Positions 1-7,684 of a stretch of DNA of 64,000 nucleotides are shown here, piece by piece; position 1 is the stretch's first letter; the number at the start of each line of letters is the position of its first letter. This DNA comes from Spirochaetales bacterium. GTDB taxonomy: Bacteria; Spirochaetota; Spirochaetia; JABEVK01. The translations under genes and the position numbers were made by a program. The DNA lies in the NCBI GenBank assembly GCA_013044245.1, contig JABEVK010000004.1:1842-65841 (forward strand), given 5' to 3'. The notes beneath the pieces are model-generated. The model did no database searches. It saw nothing but the letters and a program-made list of their open reading frames with translations, and was not told the origin of the DNA.

Positions 1-421
1 CGCCTAAGTCACGGCAGCCACAGACAAAGGGGACTTTAAAGCCGTGCTTATCAACATGAAATTCGTCATCAGCGGGGGTCAAAACTTCGCTTTCATCAAT
101 AAAATCGACATCCAAAGCTTCCAGAATCTGAGCTTCGACAAAGTGACCAATCCGGCATTTAGCCATCACGGGAATACTAACAGATTTCTGAATCTCCTGA
201 ATCATCTTTGGGTCAGACATACGGGCTACGCCGCCCTGGACACGAATATCGGCAGGCACGCGTTCCAGAGCCATTACCGCAATGGCGCCAGCTTCTTCAG
301 CGATCTTGGCTTCGCTCGCATTGGTAACGTCCATAATGACGCCACCTTTGAGCATTTCTGCCAGACCAACTTTCGTTTTCCAAGTTGCTGTCTGACGCGA
401 GGACCAGGAGGTTTCACTCAT
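1..421 (-). CDS. pdxS: Pyridoxal 5'-phosphate synthase lyase subunit PdxS (5' part, runs off window edge; missing from ORF track)
   Basis: Manual translation: [32 protein letters not shown]...[24 protein letters not shown]...[18 protein letters not shown]...[11 protein letters not shown]...[17 protein letters not shown] upstream of ATG 421. Confidence 0.97.
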   Translation of the reverse strand, partial: MSETSWSSRQTATWKTKVGLAEMLKGGVIMDVTNASEAKIAEEAGAIAVMALERVPADIRVQGGVARMSDPKMIQEIQKSVSIPVMAKCRIGHFVEAQILEALDVDFIDESEVLTPADDEFHVDKHGFKVPFVCGCRDLG

Positions 422-551
422 CTTTACACTTCCTTAAGGAACGGGGAATGGCAAGAATTTAGCCCCGAAAAGCTAAAAAGTCAAGAATACACCGCCAAGG
501 AGTAGGCGATCTGGCGGACAAAGTCTTTTAAAGGGAGTATCTTGTCTCATC

Positions 552-1013
552 ATGCGACAAGAATATCGTTGGTGCCTGTTGCTTTTCGTAGGCTGTGTCA
601 TGATTAGCACTACTTCCGCCGAAACCCCCTTACCGTTGACCGCAAAGGCCTGGCGAACTGAGCGTCTTGAGGTCTTTCCCGAACTTAAGCGATTGCCGGA
701 ATGGTCACCGAGTCTGTCGGTGTTTGCATTGGCTCATGCCCAAGATTTAATCCGTCGGGGTGTGATATCGCATCGGGATGCCCAAGGGCGAGACGTGGCC
801 CAGCGCGCTGGTGAGGCTGGTCTACCGCCGGGAGAGTATGGAGAAGTGGTGGGGGCTGGTCCCCTGTGGCAAAAGATTTGGCAAGCTTGGCGAAACAGCC
901 CAGAGCACCGAGAACTCCTTTTAGAAGCCCGCTGGCAGGCTTGGGGTGGGGCGGTGGTTCGGGACGGGAATGTCCTTGTCTGTGTGATCGATGAGTACCG
1001 ATCACACAAATAA
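552..1013 (+). CDS. Secreted CAP/SCP-domain protein
   Basis: Signal peptide; HAQDL...SH...YGEVVG...WRNSPEHRELLL resembles CAP motifs. Confidence 0.7.
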   Translation: MRQEYRWCLLLFVGCVMISTTSAETPLPLTAKAWRTERLEVFPELKRLPEWSPSLSVFALAHAQDLIRRGVISHRDAQGRDVAQRAGEAGLPPGEYGEVVGAGPLWQKIWQAWRNSPEHRELLLEARWQAWGGAVVRDGNVLVCVIDEYRSHK

Positions 1014-1020
1014 ACTCGGT

Positions 1021-1350
1021 TTATCGGTCTTCAGGCTCGGGGCGTCGCTCGGGAATCGAAGTAACTTCCCTAGGGTCTTTCAAAGGTGAAAGAAACAAGC
1101 CGCAAAAGCACTGGCCGTATTCTTGGATATCCTGGGTAGCATATTTACAGGGGCAGACAATATCGTGGTCGGCTTCTTGGCCCTCGGCGTCGCGACAAGG
1201 ACAGTAGGGTTTACCTTTAAGGCGGGCTATTTGCGCCAAACTCTGAGTGACATGCGCGGTAATGTCTTGGTCGGGGTTGACCACCCAGCCTCGGTGACTC
1301 GCTACCTGCGCGGCATAAGCTTTACCAGCATCAGATTCATCCCAATTCAT
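1021..1350 (-). CDS. Ferredoxin:thioredoxin reductase catalytic subunit-like protein
   Basis: YCPCR, VCPC, GQCFCGLF (CPC/CPC/CxC pattern), C-terminal SIPERR. Confidence 0.9.
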   Translation of the reverse strand: MNWDESDAGKAYAAQVASHRGWVVNPDQDITAHVTQSLAQIARLKGKPYCPCRDAEGQEADHDIVCPCKYATQDIQEYGQCFCGLFLSPLKDPREVTSIPERRPEPEDR

Positions 1351-1700
1351 CAGTCGACCTCAGTTCCATCGCTAGGAAGCACTTCGGGAATTTCTTCGGT
1401 GGAAATGCCCAGAAGTTCTTCCCACTGCCGTTTAATGAACCCTATGGTCATTTTTTGACGGTCAAGAACCAAAGCAGGATAGGACAAACTTGATTGAAAC
1501 TTGGCTTTAAATTCTTCCTTGACCTTTTGTTTGAGTTCGGGGGGAATAAGGTCTAAGTAGATAAAGCGATAGGCAAAGTGTTGCGCTTGCAGGAACTCCA
1601 TGCCGCGTTTACAAAATCCGCAGGTGGACAACGCCAAAATGGCGATATCGTGCTCGGTTTTGGTACCGGGTACGGCGGTAAATTCAACTTGTTCAAACAT
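1350..1700 (-). CDS. Glutaredoxin (NrdH-like)
   Basis: LSTCGFCK active site, SYP cis-Pro, IGF motif; stop overlaps FTR start. Confidence 0.88.
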   Translation of the reverse strand: MFEQVEFTAVPGTKTEHDIAILALSTCGFCKRGMEFLQAQHFAYRFIYLDLIPPELKQKVKEEFKAKFQSSLSYPALVLDRQKMTIGFIKRQWEELLGISTEEIPEVLPSDGTEVD

Positions 1701-1725
1701 AGATGCACTCCTGTAAAAAGTTTCC

Positions 1726-2709
1726 TTATTGGGCTAGAAGTCTCACGTAATGGCTGACACCTTCCGAACGGGTTTCTACCAAACCCCGCACATCTGCCGC
1801 TTGTATGAACCGTTTAAATTGCGAAAAACCCAAGGCTTTGGTGTCGACTTTTTTTTCGCGCAGGCGGCTTGAAACAACACTGTACTCATGGAATTGGCTT
1901 TCTTTGCCGCCGTCAAGCTCTTTGAGACTTTCGACAAGAGCTTTGAGACCCTTTTGTAAAACACCCTTATCCTTGGCTTCAGGAATTTCGGGAAGTGTCA
2001 AAAAGGGGTTGCCCTCTTTTTCGGACAGCTGAACAACCCGACGCTTAACGGCTGCTGAAATAAAATCACTCCATTTGTTGTAGCCCAAGTGGTGTTCATC
2101 AAAATTAGGGTTGAGCATTTTCATGCGGATCTTGACGGTTCCCAGGTGGGCCGGCTTTCCTTCAGACGCCAAAATTCCTACCGTTTCGGCCAGCGCCGAA
2201 AACCAATAGTCGGGCGTAGGGGCATCCGGTGCCGAAGTTCCGGGTTCGTCGTCGCCTTCATCGGGAAGAATATCCCGGTAATCAACAAAGCTATCAGCAA
2301 TGGCCAAAAGCTCTTGCGAGGCCGTTTTAATGTCACAAACTACATGGGTAATCTTTCCAGCTCGCCTAAGTGTTAACAAGAGGGGGCGAAAATCGCTGTC
2401 GCCTGTAACCAGGACAATGGTATCAATGTGACCGTAGAGATTGAGAATCTCTAATGTGTCTGAGACGAGCTGAATATCAACAGAGTTTTTCTTTTTTCGT
2501 TCGCTGGGAACGTGGACAAGATAAAAATGGTATTTTTTGAGCTGAAGGGCTAGCTTTTGAAATCCTGGACTACTCCAGTCGGCATAGGCTTTTGCGGCGA
2601 CAACTCGGCCAAGGTTCTCTGCATATTCCCACAGAGCGTCAAGAAAAAGGGAATTATTGGAAGGAGGTGTGACGTTTTCGATATCCCAAATGACCGATAT
2701 ATTTGCCAT
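1726..2709 (-). CDS. NYN (LabA/DUF88, PIN-like) domain protein with two OST-HTH/LOTUS domains
   Basis: WDIENV, KNSVDIQL, TGDSDFRPL; two LGY/LGF..F..FI LOTUS signatures. Confidence 0.88.
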   Translation of the reverse strand: MANISVIWDIENVTPPSNNSLFLDALWEYAENLGRVVAAKAYADWSSPGFQKLALQLKKYHFYLVHVPSERKKKNSVDIQLVSDTLEILNLYGHIDTIVLVTGDSDFRPLLLTLRRAGKITHVVCDIKTASQELLAIADSFVDYRDILPDEGDDEPGTSAPDAPTPDYWFSALAETVGILASEGKPAHLGTVKIRMKMLNPNFDEHHLGYNKWSDFISAAVKRRVVQLSEKEGNPFLTLPEIPEAKDKGVLQKGLKALVESLKELDGGKESQFHEYSVVSSRLREKKVDTKALGFSQFKRFIQAADVRGLVETRSEGVSHYVRLLAQ

Positions 2710-2715
2710 ACTGCT

Positions 2716-2744
2716 AGTTTACTCCGGCCAACGAAAAAGTTCAA
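2716..2744 (-). promoter_or_regulatory. sigma70-type promoter, leaderless geometry
   Basis: TTGAAC-17nt-TAAACT-6nt-ATG(2709). Confidence 0.65.
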
Positions 2745-2761
2745 ATGAACTGGTGAACGCC

Positions 2762-3133
2762 TTACAATTTTTCGTACTGACCGGTTCGCAACAGCACCAG
2801 AGTACAAGCGTTCAAACAAACCAGCCCCTCTTGTTCTAGCTTGGCCTTAAGCTCAGGGTTTTCGGTTCCGGGATTGAAGATGACCCTTCGTGGTCTAAGC
2901 CTCAAAAGCTCTTTTTCTAACCCTTGTTGGTAACGAGCCGAGACATACAAGGTCACAGTATCCACATTGTTCAACTCGCCAAGGGTCTTTGTCGAAATGC
3001 CGTCAATGTCGGAATACCCTGGGTTAATCGGAATGACTTCGTAGCCTCGTTCCAAGAGGTTCTCTTGAGCCATATGGGCGTAGCGGTCCTTTTTAGGGCT
3101 GGCTCCGACAATCGCTGTAGCTTTCATGCTCAT
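2762..3133 (-). CDS. CoA-binding protein (YccU family); start may be 3127
   Basis: IVGASPKKDRYA, VDTVTLYV, RVIFNPGTEN, ACTLVLL. Confidence 0.9.
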   Translation of the reverse strand: MSMKATAIVGASPKKDRYAHMAQENLLERGYEVIPINPGYSDIDGISTKTLGELNNVDTVTLYVSARYQQGLEKELLRLRPRRVIFNPGTENPELKAKLEQEGLVCLNACTLVLLRTGQYEKL

Positions 3134-3189
3134 AATATACTCCTGTTGCGAGGTAAAAGAAAAATCGGTATGGTGAAAATGGGCTAAGC

Positions 3190-4011
3190 ATGAATCAGGA
3201 CCAAATCAAAAATTTGCTACTTTCGTTAAGGCCTCAAGTGCCAAATTTTCAGGTGATCTTAACGGGAAAATCCAGTCGAAAAGTTCACGGGCTCTACAAA
3301 CCCGATACTGGCGAAATTCTTTTGCATAATCGGAACTTCAAGACGGATCAGGAACTTTTGTACACGGCCGTCCATGAGTTTGCCCACCACGTTCATTTTT
3401 GTTCACCGCAACGCCCGCGGACAGCTCGTTCCCATACGACGCAATTTTGGTCAATCTTTCATGATTTGCTTCAGCAGGCCACAACGGACGGCTGGTACCA
3501 CGATGTTTTTTCGATCGACCCGGAATTTGTGAACTTAACGCGCCAGCTGAAAGAGAAGTATTTAAAACCCCAGGGAGATTTAATGAAAGAATTCGGTCAG
3601 CTTTTGTCGCAGGCCTTCGAGCTGTGTCAGCAACGGGGCCTTCCGTTCGAAGATTACCGTGACCGTATTCTTGGGTTGCCTCGTTCGACTGCACAAACAA
3701 CGGTGACCGCCTACCAATGGGACCTTCCAACAACCTATGGCTATGATGCCATGAAATTGCTCGCGTCGGAGCGAAACCCTGAAAAACGGCGGGAAATGAC
3801 TAGGGAATTGCAGGATGGTGCCTCCCTTGACCAGATCAAAACTCACCTCTCGCCAGGAAAGTCTGTTGTTCCTCTGGTATCAGCCGAACAAGATGAAACC
3901 GAGAGACTCAAAAGAAAAATCTATCAGTTAGAAGCCGAGCTGGAACGCTTGAAATCACGGCTCCGAGAACGAGAAATGGCAAGAGGAGGAGGTAATCATG
4001 GCCAAATTTGA
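3190..4011 (+). CDS. Hypothetical SprT/WLM-like zinc metallopeptidase with helical/HTH-like region and C-terminal coiled coil
   Basis: HGLY, HEFAHH followed by H...FW; heptad-rich C-terminus. Confidence 0.6.
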   Translation: MNQDQIKNLLLSLRPQVPNFQVILTGKSSRKVHGLYKPDTGEILLHNRNFKTDQELLYTAVHEFAHHVHFCSPQRPRTARSHTTQFWSIFHDLLQQATTDGWYHDVFSIDPEFVNLTRQLKEKYLKPQGDLMKEFGQLLSQAFELCQQRGLPFEDYRDRILGLPRSTAQTTVTAYQWDLPTTYGYDAMKLLASERNPEKRREMTRELQDGASLDQIKTHLSPGKSVVPLVSAEQDETERLKRKIYQLEAELERLKSRLREREMARGGGNHGQI

Positions 4012-4384
4012 ACTCACCAAAGAGGACACTCCTGATTTTCAAAAACGGGGAGGGTTATTGCCGGTGGTGGTGCAAGATTATGATTCCCGCGAAGTTCTCA
4101 TGCTGGCCTGGTGTAATGAGCAAGCTTGGCAGAACACGCTGGAATCAGGCTTGGCAACGTTTTGGAGTACCAGCCGCCAGGAACTTTGGGTGAAAGGCTC
4201 CACCAGCGGAGATTTCCTTAAGATTCGTGAAATTCGTCTAGACTGTGATCAAGATAGTCTAATCTTTTTGGTGACTTTGCAGGGCGAGGGCGTCTGCCAT
4301 ACCAGGAATGCCAGTGGGGCCCACCGGCATTCCTGCTTCTTTAGGACTTTTACAGGCTCTACTTGGAAGAACCTGGACCCGTGA
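3998..4384 (+). CDS. hisI: Phosphoribosyl-AMP cyclohydrolase
   Basis: GLLPVVVQD, VLMLAW, SRQELWVKGSTSG, DCDQD, CHT...SCFF; GGAGG RBS. Confidence 0.95.
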   Translation: MAKFELTKEDTPDFQKRGGLLPVVVQDYDSREVLMLAWCNEQAWQNTLESGLATFWSTSRQELWVKGSTSGDFLKIREIRLDCDQDSLIFLVTLQGEGVCHTRNASGAHRHSCFFRTFTGSTWKNLDP

Positions 4385-6893
4385 CCGAGCTTGTATCCGA
4401 TACGGCTGTACCTTCTTCTAAAGCGGCAACCAAATCTTGCTTATTCAGTTTTTTGGCTAAATCTAACGGGGTTTGACCGTTTTTATCGCGAATTCCTGGA
4501 TCGGCACCCAAGCCTAGGAGCATTTTTATGGCTGCCGGTGGCGCTCCAGTCAGGACGGCCAAGTGCAGAGCTGTACGTCCTAGGTTATTTTGATTGTTCA
4601 CATTATCGGGGGTAAAAAAGGCCTTCCACGCCGTTGGGCCTGAGCGAAGTGCCAACGAGGTCGGAGAGGCCCCATCGCGGTTTTCGGCAAAAGGGTCCGC
4701 TCCTTGCTGAATCAACATACGGATGGCACTTTTATTCCCTTGAGATGCGGCAAAATGAAGGGGCGTAGCCCCGGTGATATCTCGTTGCCAGACCCGACCC
4801 CCGTGCCGTAAAAGTTCTGCTAAAAGATCCGTCTGACCGTTGAGTACCGCTTCAAAGACAGGGGTGCGTCCGCTAGTATCTGAGGCGTTGGGGTCAGCAT
4901 TTTTGCTCAAGAGGTATTTTACCAAGGCACTTTCACCCCGCCTAACCGCTTGATCGAGCACCGTACGGCCCTCGAGATTTTTGGCCTCGAGGTTGGCTCC
5001 AGCGGCCAAAAGAAGGTTTCCCAAAGCAGGTTGGTCTGCCGAGACCCAAATCAAGTCTTGGAGTGGTGTGTTCCCCGCCTTGTCCACAGCTGATGGGTTG
5101 GCTCCCGACTGTAAAAGAATACTAACCATCGTCGGACTGCCTTGGCGAACCGCTTCGTGCAGGGGGGTATTCCCTAGCAAATTGGCCATGGTTAAACTGG
5201 CACCCTTTTGAAGTAATAGCGTTACCTCTTGGGGGAGATTTCCGTCAATGGCGTAAAACAAGGGTGTATCAAGGGAGGAATCCTGAAGGTTGACGACAGC
5301 TGAAGTGAAAAAATTCTCTTGAAAAGCGAGGGGAGACTGAAACGCTAACTGAAGAGGCGTAACCGATTGATTGTCAACCAGGAAGAGGTCGGCCCCTTTG
5401 GCAAGAAGCAGTTGCGCTTCTTGCAGGTTACCCTGAGCAATGGCCAAGTGGAGAGGACTTTGCCCTTGTTTATTCCGTACATTCGGATCTGCTCCTTGCT
5501 GTAAAAGGTAGTTAACGGAGTCAAGGTAATTCCCCGCCATCACCGCCAGATGCAAGGCGGTATTCCCGTTATCATCTTGGATACCAATATTTGATTTGTC
5601 GACCAGCCAAGAAAGAACCTCTTGGCCCATGCGAACCGCCAATCTCACGGGGGAAAGATCGGCGTTATTAACGGCGAATATATTGGCTCCCGCCAGGCGC
5701 AGAGCCAAAGCCAAGGCCTTTTCTTTGCGTTGAACGGCATCAAAAAGCGGGGTTTCACCCATCTTATTGCGAGCATTGATATCGGCTCCGTTCTCTAAAA
5801 GCAATTTCAACAGAGAATCCGGCAGGTTGAGTGAGACAACGAGGTGAAGGGGGGTATTGCCAAAGTTGTTTTTTAAATTAGGGTCGGCTTTGTGTTCTAA
5901 AAGCAAGCGAGCGGCTTGTTCCGGATGCGGTGAGGTCATTGCCAGGTGAAGAGCAGTGTTGTTGTTGAAATCTCTGAGATTAACATCGGCGCCTAGCTTT
6001 ATGAGTACGGCTGCGGTTTTAAGCTGTCCGTTTTCAAGAGCTTTATGGAGGGGGGTGTTTCCTGCAAAATCACGAGCGTCCACAACAGCGCCTTTTTTGA
6101 CTAAAAACTCAACGATGCCCGTTTGACCATGGCCTGCCGCGTAGTGCAACGGTGTAGTTCCTAAATCTAACGGAAGGGACACATCGTCGGCTATGCCAGC
6201 CCGGCCAAAGTACACCAGATCATTTTGCAAGGGAACGGGTGCGCCTTTTCGGAACAAATCCCAAGCAACTTCAGCATGCGATGCACTTTGGGGGAACTGC
6301 AACGCTAGGTCGGCGGGTGTTAAGCCTGCTTTGTTGCGTTGTGAAGGGTCGGCACCTAAGGCTAGAAATTTTTGCACAAGGGCTACACTTCCGCGCGATG
6401 CCGCCCAGTGCAGGGGGGTGTTTCCTTCTTGGTCGGTGGAGCCGATATTGTCCTTAGTGACTAAAAGTGGCAAAAGTGAAGGGTTCTGATCTAATGCCGT
6501 TTGAAAAGGGGAACGTCCGTTCTTATCCTTTATAAAAAGGGAGGCCTTGTACTGCACCAGCAACGGAATCGTTTTAATAGCGTTGTGCTCTACCGCCAAC
6601 ATCAGGGGCGTCTTACCCCCTTTGTCGGCAAGGTCCACGGTTGCCCCGCGGGACAGTAAAACAGCCGCAATATCCGAAAGATCTTTTTCTGCCGCGATGT
6701 GTAACGCCGAGCGCCCTTGGGAATCGACACTGTCGACGTTGGTATTCAAACCAAAAATTTCGCGAATTTTTGCCAGATTTTGGTTTTCTACCAGGTCAAG
6801 AAGGCTTTCTTTCGGGGCTTTAGGCGGCGGGGGAGTAGCACATGAAAAGATTAACAAGGCCAAAATGGGCAACAGGAGCCTGAACGGTTTCAT
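4359..6893 (-). CDS. Ankyrin-repeat lipoprotein (~23 repeats)
   Basis: Lipobox LIFSC; repeated G.TPLH.A...GA.N motifs. Confidence 0.93.
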   Translation of the reverse strand: MKPFRLLLPILALLIFSCATPPPPKAPKESLLDLVENQNLAKIREIFGLNTNVDSVDSQGRSALHIAAEKDLSDIAAVLLSRGATVDLADKGGKTPLMLAVEHNAIKTIPLLVQYKASLFIKDKNGRSPFQTALDQNPSLLPLLVTKDNIGSTDQEGNTPLHWAASRGSVALVQKFLALGADPSQRNKAGLTPADLALQFPQSASHAEVAWDLFRKGAPVPLQNDLVYFGRAGIADDVSLPLDLGTTPLHYAAGHGQTGIVEFLVKKGAVVDARDFAGNTPLHKALENGQLKTAAVLIKLGADVNLRDFNNNTALHLAMTSPHPEQAARLLLEHKADPNLKNNFGNTPLHLVVSLNLPDSLLKLLLENGADINARNKMGETPLFDAVQRKEKALALALRLAGANIFAVNNADLSPVRLAVRMGQEVLSWLVDKSNIGIQDDNGNTALHLAVMAGNYLDSVNYLLQQGADPNVRNKQGQSPLHLAIAQGNLQEAQLLLAKGADLFLVDNQSVTPLQLAFQSPLAFQENFFTSAVVNLQDSSLDTPLFYAIDGNLPQEVTLLLQKGASLTMANLLGNTPLHEAVRQGSPTMVSILLQSGANPSAVDKAGNTPLQDLIWVSADQPALGNLLLAAGANLEAKNLEGRTVLDQAVRRGESALVKYLLSKNADPNASDTSGRTPVFEAVLNGQTDLLAELLRHGGRVWQRDITGATPLHFAASQGNKSAIRMLIQQGADPFAENRDGASPTSLALRSGPTAWKAFFTPDNVNNQNNLGRTALHLAVLTGAPPAAIKMLLGLGADPGIRDKNGQTPLDLAKKLNKQDLVAALEEGTAVSDTSSVTGPGSSK

Positions 6894-7021
6894 ACCGATA
6901 TTCTCGGATTATTCCATCAAGCCCTGAGAAAAACCTCAGACGTCGGGACGAAATTTACTCAATTTCTGTTGAGGAAAAGCTGGACTTACCGCATCATGGT
7001 AATGGCAGGGAGTAAATTCTT

Positions 7022-7684
7022 ATGACACAGAAAGACTTATGCGCCACGTTTGACCATACGCTGCTTAATCCATTGGCAACACAAGAAGCCATTCGTCAGT
7101 TGTGCCGTGAAGCCGCGGAATGGCAATTCGCGACGGTGTGCGTCAATTCTAGCTATGTCCTAGAGGCAAGTCAGCTTTTAAAAGGTGAGGCTGTAGGGGT
7201 CTGTGCAGTAGCGGGATTTCCCCTGGGTGCGGATACGACCAGGACAAAACAAGCTCAAGCTCGTCAGGCCGTCGAAGACGGAGCCAGTGAAATTGATATG
7301 GTCCTCAATCTCGGCTGGGTTAAAGATCAACGCTGGGCTGAGCTTGAGGCAGAAATTAAAGCTGTCTGTGATGCCGCCTGCGTTCCAGTTAAGGTAATTC
7401 TCGAGACCTGCTATTTGACTGATGCAGAAATTGTCAAAGCTTGTCATTTGAGTGAAAACGCTGGTGCGTTTATGGTCAAAACATCTACAGGCTGGGGCCC
7501 CGGCGGGGCAACGCCAGAGTCTGTACGACTAATGCGCTCGTCTGTTTCGCCCCGCATGCTCGTGAAAGCTTCGGGCGGCATTCGCTCGCTCGCAACGTGT
7601 TTAGTGATGCTTGACGCGGGGGCTAGCCGTATTGGCAGTAGCTCAAGTGTCGCTATTATCAAAGAATTTGCGTATGAGCATTAA
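7022..7684 (+). CDS. deoC: Deoxyribose-phosphate aldolase
   Basis: DHTLL, GFPLG, EIDMV, VKVILET, VKTSTG, VKASGGIR, RIGSS. Confidence 0.96.
   Translation: MTQKDLCATFDHTLLNPLATQEAIRQLCREAAEWQFATVCVNSSYVLEASQLLKGEAVGVCAVAGFPLGADTTRTKQAQARQAVEDGASEIDMVLNLGWVKDQRWAELEAEIKAVCDAACVPVKVILETCYLTDAEIVKACHLSENAGAFMVKTSTGWGPGGATPESVRLMRSSVSPRMLVKASGGIRSLATCLVMLDAGASRIGSSSSVAIIKEFAYEH

Noticed and set aside
44..505. 153-aa + strand ORF in the track
   Set aside because: Antisense shadow of pdxS, which reads cleanly on the - strand from 421.
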